From Bacteroidota bacterium (lineage in GTDB: Bacteria; Bacteroidota; Bacteroidia; Bacteroidales; JACABE01), in contig JBAXNW010000004.1 in the NCBI GenBank assembly GCA_037133555.1, forward strand, positions 13,176 through 77,175: 64,000 nt of DNA. Reading direction: 5' to 3'. This document shows positions 17,923-25,456 of this stretch, one piece after another (the stretch's first letter is position 1; every line of letters begins with the position of its first letter). Both the position numbers and the translations under genes were made by a program. A model generated the notes under the pieces. It saw only the letters and a program-made list of their open reading frames with translations. It ran no database searches and was not told where the DNA came from.

Positions 17923-19388
17923 AAACAAAAAGAATCAAATGGATATATAGCTTATGGATACTACTGATTGTTTTATCTTATTCATGGAATTATTATATTG
18001 CAGAAAGCAATAACCAGAAAGTAGTTGAGAACAAAGCACGTTCTTTTTTTAGTCAGATTGTAGTTGCCCGATCGTGGAATTCAAAACATGGCGGAGTATA
18101 TGTTCCTGTGACAAAAGAAACACAGCCCAATCTTTACTTAATGGATTCGTTGAGGGATGTTACCACTATTGGAGGTTTGAAACTTACTAAAATTAATCCG
18201 GCTTTTATGACTCGCCAGATTTCAGAAATCAATAAAGTTGAAAATGATCTTCAATTTCACATTACCAGTTTAAACCCAATAAGACCCGACAATAAAGCCG
18301 ATGCCTGGGAAAACAAAGCCCTTAAATCATTTAGAAACGGTAAACATGAGTTGTTGGAATTGGTGGATGATGATTCCGTTGCTCAGTATCGTTATATGGC
18401 GGCTCTGGTTACCGAAAAGTCTTGTCTGAAATGCCATGCCGTTCAAGGCTATAATGAAGGCGATATCAGGGGTGGAATCAGTATTTCTTTTCCTTCACGG
18501 ATATACAAACAATCGGAAAACGCAAGGCTCTTTCATTTATTGATTGCTCATTTTCTCATTCTCATTGTTGGCTTATTTGGTATTTACAGCTATTTTAAAA
18601 TGGAACAACATCTCTTTACTATTATCCACGAAAAAAATCAAGAACTCGAATCTGATACCAAACTCTTGCGTCAAACCAACGAGGAATTATTGAAAATCAA
18701 TACCGAAAAAAATAAATTCTTTTCCATCATTGCCCATGATTTACGCAGTCCTTTCACCAGCTTTTTAGGGTTTACTCAAATTATGGTTGAAAAATCCCAA
18801 ACTATGTCGAAGGAAGAAGTTCAGAATTATGCTGTAAGTATGAGCAACTCTGCCAACAATCTTTACCTTTTACTAGAGAATCTACTGGAATGGGCATGCA
18901 TTCAGCAAGGATTGATACCTTTCAGTCCTGAACAAGCTAAATTGTATCCTATTGTAGACAGTAGCATTGCCATGGTTGTGGATATTGCTGCCAAAAAAGA
19001 GATTGAAATTAAAACAAGCATTCCTTATAGTTTGGAGGTTGTTGCCGATAACATGATGCTCCAAACCATCATCCGCAACCTGGTTTCGAATGCAGTAAAA
19101 TTCACACCCAAAAAGGGAAACATTTACATTTCGACTAAGGTCCTCCCCGATCAAAGCATCGAAATATCCGTTCAAGATACAGGTATTGGAATGAATAAGA
19201 AAATGATAGATACAATTTTTCGTATGGATGTCAATACCAACCGCGCGGGTACAGATGGAGAAGCCAGCACAGGTCTGGGACTGATCATCTGCAAGGATTT
19301 TATCGAAAAACACGGAGGAAAACTTTGGGTTGAAAGTGAAGAAGGCAAAGGAAGTACGTTTAAATTTACGCTGGCAGCGAAGAATTAA
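17919..19388 (+). CDS. Sensor histidine kinase with a DUF3365-like (putative heme-c, CxxCH) extracytoplasmic domain
   Basis: Signal/TM segment: [21 protein letters not shown]. Also [21 protein letters not shown] and CLKCH. A second TM is followed by [13 protein letters not shown] and [35 protein letters not shown] 17919 overlaps the copA stop (ATGA). An alternative upstream ATG at 17871 lies in the octamer array. Confidence 0.85.
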   Translation: MKTKRIKWIYSLWILLIVLSYSWNYYIAESNNQKVVENKARSFFSQIVVARSWNSKHGGVYVPVTKETQPNLYLMDSLRDVTTIGGLKLTKINPAFMTRQISEINKVENDLQFHITSLNPIRPDNKADAWENKALKSFRNGKHELLELVDDDSVAQYRYMAALVTEKSCLKCHAVQGYNEGDIRGGISISFPSRIYKQSENARLFHLLIAHFLILIVGLFGIYSYFKMEQHLFTIIHEKNQELESDTKLLRQTNEELLKINTEKNKFFSIIAHDLRSPFTSFLGFTQIMVEKSQTMSKEEVQNYAVSMSNSANNLYLLLENLLEWACIQQGLIPFSPEQAKLYPIVDSSIAMVVDIAAKKEIEIKTSIPYSLEVVADNMMLQTIIRNLVSNAVKFTPKKGNIYISTKVLPDQSIEISVQDTGIGMNKKMIDTIFRMDVNTNRAGTDGEASTGLGLIICKDFIEKHGGKLWVESEEGKGSTFKFTLAAKN

Positions 19389-19400
19389 AAATTATGAAAA

Positions 19401-19479
19401 AGCGAGAGCGCAAAAGGTAGACTAAGAGACTAAGAGACTAAGAGACTGAGAGACTGAGGGAGCGAGAGAGCGATGGAGC
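19401..19479 (+). repeat. Octamer tandem array (GAGACTAA/GAGACTGA/GGGAGCGA family)
   Basis: gagactaa x3, gagactga x2, then gggagcga-like units. Starts 13 nt after the kinase stop. Confidence 0.9.
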
Positions 19480-19579
19480 TAATTAGGAATTACGGCGAAA
19501 GGACGAGAGACTAACTCCTTGTATCTTTGTGACCTCTGTGTCTCCGTGGGATAAAGAGAGAGAGGGAACGATGTTGTTT

Positions 19580-19611
19580 CTTCGTAATTCTTAATTCATA
19601 ATTCGTAATTT
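19580..19611 (-). repeat. Heptamer array (reverse complement of the AATTACG/AATTAAG family)
   Basis: cttcgtaattcttaattcataattcgtaattt. Confidence 0.8.
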
Positions 19612-19617
19612 TTCATT

Positions 19618-19649
19618 GAGATGCTTCACTTTGTTCAGCATGACAAAAG
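19618..19649 (-). repeat. Hairpin module H (reverse orientation)
   Basis: gagATGCTtcactttgttcAGCATgacaaaag. Confidence 0.85.
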
Positions 19650-19920
19650 AAAATGGCACGACAAAAGAAAACGATGCTATGATAATTTAAAGGATAATAA
19701 GCAAAGCTATATAAATCATCAATTTAAAAATAAATCGGACGAAGCTTAAAATTATATTATCTTTGACTATAATTACTGAACGATATATATACAGATTAAA
19801 GATTGAAGCTAGTGGAAACGGAATTTGCTTATCCATTTTGTACAGCTAGTGAAATAGTTTAATAACGTGATAACCATTAAAATGCTTACAGCTTAATAAC
19901 CTAATCATGCAACTTAAATC

Positions 19921-22875
19921 ATGAAAAAAGAAAAAAAGACAAACCCCACTCTATTACGCCAAAAAGCTGAGGAATTATTGAAAGAGAAAAAAATCAGTAC
20001 TTCTTTTGCCCATCCTAATCAACTGTCTGAAAATGATTTGTTAAAACTCATTCATAATTTGGAAGTGCATCAAATTGAGTTGGAATTGCAAAACGAAGAA
20101 CTTTTACTGGCAAAAGCTGCTGAAAAACAGCTTACAGCTAACTATATTGAATTGTACGATTTTGCGCCTACACCTTATTTTACACTTTCTAAAGAAGCTA
20201 AAATAATTAGACTAAATCTGAGTGCAGCTCAGCTTTTAGACAAAAACAGACATTCATTGATCAACAGTAGTTTTGCTTTTTTTGTTGCTGAGCATGAAAA
20301 GCTTGTTTTCATTGAGTTTTTCGATAAAATAATGAATGATTACAAAACAAGCAATTGTGAACTCAGCCTTTCAGTAAATACTCATCCTCCAATTTTTGTT
20401 CGTTTAAATGCTACGCTCAACCAAAACAGGGATGAATGCCTTATTACTGCAGTGGATCTCAGCGAACACCACGCTTACATTGAAGCACAAAGGCAAAAAG
20501 AAAATTTGCATCTCTCAAGGCTGCACTTGCTGGAATTTGCTGTTAAGCATACGCTGAATGAATTGCTAGAAGAAATGCTCAACCTAGCCGAAATCCTGAC
20601 TGGCAGTTTAATAGGCTTTTCCCACTTTGTAGAAGATGATCAGCAAACCCTTAGGCTGCAGAATTGGTCCAGCCGTACCAAAAAAGAATTCTGCAGGGCC
20701 GAAGCGATAAATATGGAATATAAAATTGAGAAGGCGGGCATTTGGGTCGACTGTATCCGTCAGGGCCATGCTGTCATCCACAACGACTATGCTTCTCTTA
20801 CCTATAAAAAAGGGCTGCCCCCAGGACATGCCACTTTAATTAGGGAAATGGTAGTGCCTGTCATTCGCAACGGTAAAATAAAAGCCATAGTGGGGGTGGG
20901 AAATAAACCAACAGACTATGTTAACAAAGATGTTGAAACAATTACCTTGTTAGCTGACCTTGTATGGGATATCTGCGAACGCAAAAAGGCTGAAGAAGAA
21001 TTGCTTACCTCAAACTGGAGGATGGAGAACATCATAGAGGCTTCTTTTATCGGAACCTGGCAGTGGAATGTCCAAACCGGAGAAACAATATTTAATGAGC
21101 TGTGGGCTGAAATTATAGGTTATACCCTTGATGAGTTGGCGCCTATCAGCATCATGACCTGGCAAGCATTGGTCCATCCTGAAGATTTAAAGCAATCCAA
21201 CAAATTATTGGAGCAACATTTTGCTGGCGAACTACCTTATTACGATTTCGAATGCAGATTAAAACACAAAGATGGCCACTGGGTATGGATCCGCGACCGC
21301 GGTAAGGTAATTAGCTTCAGCAGTGATGGCAAACCCTTGATAATGTTTGGCACACATAGCGACATCAACCAACGCAAACAGGCAGAAAAAACCTTAATAG
21401 AAAGAGCCAAAATATTTGCTATGTTTATGGATAATTCACCCATTTATTCATTTATTAAAGAAGTAAAACCTGACGAAAGTCGTGTACTAAGAGCTTCCAA
21501 GAATTTTAAAGAAATGATTGGCATAGCGGGTGAAGAAATGGAAGATAAAACCATGCATGAACTCTTCCCCCCCGAATTGGCAACTAAAATTACAGCCGAC
21601 GATTGGTCGGTTGTTACTGGCGGTGAGGTATTTAAAATAGATGAAGAAATGAATGGCAGAAAGTATTCAACCATTAAGTTCCCCATTCACTTAGAAGATA
21701 AAACTCTTTTGGCAGGTCATAGCATCGACGTTACCGACCGCTTAAAGGCAGAAGCATCAGTGCGCCAAAGTAAAGAACAATACGATAAACTGGTTGAAAA
21801 TATCCCTTTAGGTGTGGGTGTTGTAGTTACTAAAGCTGATGCTTCCTTTAAATTCGAGTTTCTAAGTCCGAGAATAGCTGAAATTCTCAATCAAAGTATT
21901 GAAAGTTTGTATGCTGATGCGAATGCAATCACTAAAAATATGCATCCTGATGATAAAAACAACTTTGCAAAATCCTTTCGTGAAAGTATACAGCAAAAAT
22001 GTAATTTTGAATGGCAAGGACGCTTCCTGATTGAGGGAAAGACAAAATGGCTGTTTATCTTCGCAATACCTGAACTACAGCCTGAAAACGATGAAATTTT
22101 ATGGAATGGAATCTTAACTGACATTACGGAAACCATTTTATCGGATATTGAAATAAAAGAAACGAATGCTAAGCTTCAAAAAGTCAATATCGAAAAAGAT
22201 AAATTTTTCTCTATCATCGCCCACGACCTGAGGGGTCCTTTGAGTAATTTTATGGGACTTACCAAAATTATGGCAGAATCCTTATCGAGTTTATCTTTTG
22301 AAGAAATTGAAAAGTTTGCTAACAGTATGAAAAATTCGGCCAGCAACCTCTACCGTTTGTTGGAAAACTTGCTGGAATGGGCAAAAATTCAGCAAGGTTT
22401 AATCCCTTTCAATCCAAAATTGAATCCATTGTGGGTGATTGTTGACGAAAGTGTAGAAATGATACTAGAAGCTGCTGAAAAAAAAGAAATTAAAATAGCT
22501 TATAATTTCTCTTCCGAAATTGAGGTTTTTGCTGACAGCAACAGCCTACATACCATCTTCCGAAATCTTATTTCAAATGCCATCAAATTTACACACAGAG
22601 GTGGCAACATTGAGATTTCGGCTCAACCTAACAGTGATCACAACCTTGAAATATCGGTTAAAGATACAGGTATTGGAATGAGCCAGGAGATGATAATAAA
22701 TCTTTTCCTGATTGATATGGAAACCAACCGCAAAGGCACCGAAAGTGAACCCAGCACGGGTCTGGGTGTATTTATCTGTAAGGATTTTATCGAGAAACAC
22801 GGTGGAAAATTATGGGTTGAAAGTGAAGTAGGCGTTGGAACTACTTTTTACTTTACTCTTCCTATTAGCTATTAA
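19921..22875 (+). CDS. Cytoplasmic GAF/PAS multi-sensor histidine kinase
   Basis: GAF-like block: [42 protein letters not shown] blocks: [36 protein letters not shown]. H-box: [13 protein letters not shown]. ATPase: [38 protein letters not shown]. Confidence 0.9.
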   Translation: [984 protein letters not shown]

Positions 22876-22876
22876 T

Positions 22877-22916
22877 AAGGATTTTAGACTGTAGGCTTTT
22901 AGGCTTTAGGAATCAG
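22877..22916 (+). repeat. TAGGCTTT-family word array (left arm of the gap between the kinase and recJ)
   Basis: aaggattttagactgtaggcttttaggctttaggaatcag, starting 2 nt after the stop. Confidence 0.85.
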
Positions 22917-23001
22917 TTTCTTGTGATCAGTTAGCAGTAAACAATGTATTGAGGTCTGAATTAGGTTGACCATTTTAGAATTCGTCTTTTTTTGACCTTG
23001 A

Positions 23002-23158
23002 CTTTTGTCATTCACAACGAAGTGAAACATATCAACCAGTTCTTTTGTCATGCTGAACGAAATGAAGCATCTCAATCAGTTCTTTTGCCATGCTGAACAA
23101 AGTGAAGCATCTCAACCTATTAATTTGAGATTCCTCACTTCGTTCGGAATGACAAAGC
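23002..23158. repeat. REP/BIME-like cluster: three direct hairpin modules H at about 40-bp phase plus one inverted variant
   Basis: Direct copies at 23002..23034 (degenerate), 23041..23074 and 23081..23114. Inverted ATTCC/GGAAT variant at 23127..23158. Confidence 0.9.
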
Positions 23159-23174
23159 AAAAATTTGTCTTAAT

Positions 23175-23223
23175 TTCTTAAAGCCAACAGTCTATTCTCC
23201 TAATGTCTAAATTCCTAATTTCC
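23175..23223 (-). repeat. Reverse-complement TAGGC/AGGAATT word array (right arm of the same gap)
   Basis: ttcttaaagcc is the reverse complement of ggctttaagaa. cctaatgtctaaattcctaatttcc is the reverse complement of ggaaattaggaatttagacattagg. Confidence 0.75.
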
Positions 23224-24971
23224 TATTCAAACCTGATATCTTTCACATTCAACTGCAGGCTTATTTTCCCGTTCCATTCGTTTTCTTCGATATGATAGGA
23301 TATTGAGAAGGGAAATCCTTTTTGTATCGCATCAAAATAATCGCCCTGCTGAAATGCAATGCCCGAAATAGGGTAACTGGCCACATCGGGACTGATTACA
23401 GAAAGCTTAATATGGTTGTTTCCTACTATACGTGAGTATCCGGCATCTTTGACATTGTCGGTCTGAAATACTGGTGACATATTTCCGGGTCCGAAAGGGG
23501 CAAATTGTTTAAGAATATTATAAAATTTGGTATTGATATCTTTCAGTTGTATGCTGTCGTCGATTTCAATTTCGGGAGTTTGCATTTCAATGGTAATGCT
23601 TTTGCTGACAACTTCTTCAAACTGAGTGCGGAAAGCTTCCAGATTTTCGGGCTTTAACGATAAGCCGGCTGCATATTTATGTCCCCCAAAATGCTCCAAC
23701 AGTGGGCTGCAGGCTTCGATGGCATCGTAAATATCGAAATCTTTCACACTACGGGCAGAGCCAGTAATCAAACCATTGGATTGTGTGAGTACCACGGTGG
23801 GACGGTAATACTCTTCTGTTAAGCGCGAAGCAACAATGCCAACCACACCTTTGTGCCATTCTTTGTTGAAGATAACGGTGCTTTTGCTCTTCATCAAAAA
23901 TTCGTCGTTTTTGATAAAATCGAGGGCCTGCTGTGTTGCAGTGGCATCCAGACTTTTTCGTTCGGTATTGTTATTGTTGATGAGTTCACCAAAAACCATG
24001 GCTGCTTCCAGATCTTTACATATCAGCAGTTCTACAGAGCTGCGACCCGATTCGATACGACCAGCAGCATTGATGCGGGGACTGATCAGAAAAACAAGGT
24101 CGTTAATCGTAAGTCCGCGTTTAAAAAACAATTCATTTTCGACGGTATAGAGTTCATTTTTGCATACATTGCTGTATCTCAAAACGGCTTCTATGCCGGG
24201 ACGTGGATTAGAATTAATCAGCTTCAACCCATAATAAGCCAGAATTCTGTTTTCCCCTGTAATGGGAACTATATCCGCAGCAATACTGATAGCAACCAAA
24301 TCGAGGTATTTTTCAATTTGTTCAAAAGGGAAATTATGATGCTGAGCATAGGCCTGAACAATTTTAAACCCAATACCACAACCTGACAATTCATCATAAG
24401 GATAAGTGGAGTCTAATCTTTTGGGGTCCAGTATAGCAACTGCATCTGGTAATATATCACCCGGGCGGTGATGGTCACCGATGATAAAATCGATATGTTT
24501 TGCTTTGGCATAGGCAATGTGTTCAGTAGCTTTGATGCCACAATCTAATGCAATGATCAGTTTAAAGCCATTTTCCTCGGCAAAATCTATACTTTTATAA
24601 GAAATTCCGTAGCCTTCCGAATAGCGGTCGGGAATATAAAAATCGACCCCTTCGTAATTTTCTTTCAAAAATGAATAAACCAGGGCTACAGCACTTGTTC
24701 CATCCACATCATAATCGCCGTATACCAGTATTTTTTCATTCTGTTGAATGGCTGTATCTATCCGTTGAATGGCCTTATCCATGTCTTTCATCAGAAAAGG
24801 ATCGTGGAGGGCAGTAAGCTGAGGGCGGAAAAAAGATTTGGCTTCATCGTAAGTCGAAATCCCTCTTTGAGCCAATAAATTAGCCAGATGAATATCAATA
24901 TTCAATGCCTGCTGTAAGTCTGCTATTATTTTAGTATCCCCTTTTTTCTTATAAACCCACCTCTTTTCCAT
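23223..24971 (-). CDS. recJ: Single-stranded-DNA-specific exonuclease RecJ
   Basis: DHH motifs: VYGDYDVDGTSA, IALDCG, IIGDHHRPG. DHHA1 motif: GGHKYAAG. Length 582 aa. Confidence 0.93.
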   Translation of the reverse strand: MEKRWVYKKKGDTKIIADLQQALNIDIHLANLLAQRGISTYDEAKSFFRPQLTALHDPFLMKDMDKAIQRIDTAIQQNEKILVYGDYDVDGTSAVALVYSFLKENYEGVDFYIPDRYSEGYGISYKSIDFAEENGFKLIIALDCGIKATEHIAYAKAKHIDFIIGDHHRPGDILPDAVAILDPKRLDSTYPYDELSGCGIGFKIVQAYAQHHNFPFEQIEKYLDLVAISIAADIVPITGENRILAYYGLKLINSNPRPGIEAVLRYSNVCKNELYTVENELFFKRGLTINDLVFLISPRINAAGRIESGRSSVELLICKDLEAAMVFGELINNNNTERKSLDATATQQALDFIKNDEFLMKSKSTVIFNKEWHKGVVGIVASRLTEEYYRPTVVLTQSNGLITGSARSVKDFDIYDAIEACSPLLEHFGGHKYAAGLSLKPENLEAFRTQFEEVVSKSITIEMQTPEIEIDDSIQLKDINTKFYNILKQFAPFGPGNMSPVFQTDNVKDAGYSRIVGNNHIKLSVISPDVASYPISGIAFQQGDYFDAIQKGFPFSISYHIEENEWNGKISLQLNVKDIRFE

Positions 24972-25140
24972 ACTTCATTTTTAGTTTTGTAAAATTACAA
25001 TAATATATCAAAGACAGCAAATCAAATTGAGTAAAACTTTAAACTTTTTCTTAAAAATTTAAATATCAAATATTTGCTTATGAATAAAAATATGCAGAGA
25101 TCATTTTTTGAAATTATTTGTTCTTTTGGCAAATATAGTG

Positions 25141-25148
25141 TAATTTTG
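25141..25148 (+). promoter_or_regulatory. Candidate -7 promoter motif upstream of the repeat-filled rnr leader
   Basis: TAATTTTG. I found no TAnnTTTG match between the composite module and ATG 25457. Confidence 0.35.
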
Positions 25149-25153
25149 AGGGG

Positions 25154-25222
25154 GAGATTTGGCGAGAGAGCGAAATGGAGACTGAGAGACTGAGAGAGCG
25201 AGGGAGCGAGGGAGCGATAAGC
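25154..25222 (+). repeat. Octamer tandem array (GAGACTGA/GGGAGCGA family)
   Basis: ..ggagactgagagactgagagagcgagggagcgagggagcgataagc. Confidence 0.88.
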
Positions 25223-25229
25223 TCATTTC

Positions 25230-25400
25230 CTTTTGTCATACTGAACGAAGTGAAGTATCTCATAAAAGGAATTTAGGCTATAGGCGTTTAGGCTTTAAGA
25301 AATAGGAATTGTAAATAACACTAAAAAATAAATCGATAACCTCCCTTCTCCTTTTAGAGCCTGTTCCGATTTATCGGAAAGAAGGGATGGGGATGAGGTT
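25230..25400 (+). repeat. Composite module, copy 2
   Basis: Near-identical to 12025..12196. Lies in the recJ/rnr divergent gap, 57 nt upstream of the rnr ATG. Confidence 0.92.
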
Positions 25401-25456
25401 ACTTGAAATTACGAATTACGAAGAAACATAATCGCTGTTTAAAACAATAAAAAAAT

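Noticed and set aside
23002-23114. A repeat-spacer-like pattern of 33-34 nt units every 40 bp; a similar pattern occurs at 44751..44823. It could be mistaken for a mini-CRISPR array.
   Set aside because: There are only 2-3 units, the 'spacers' are just 6-7 nt and similar to each other, the units are degenerate, and no cas genes are present. The pattern fits a REP/BIME-like cluster instead.
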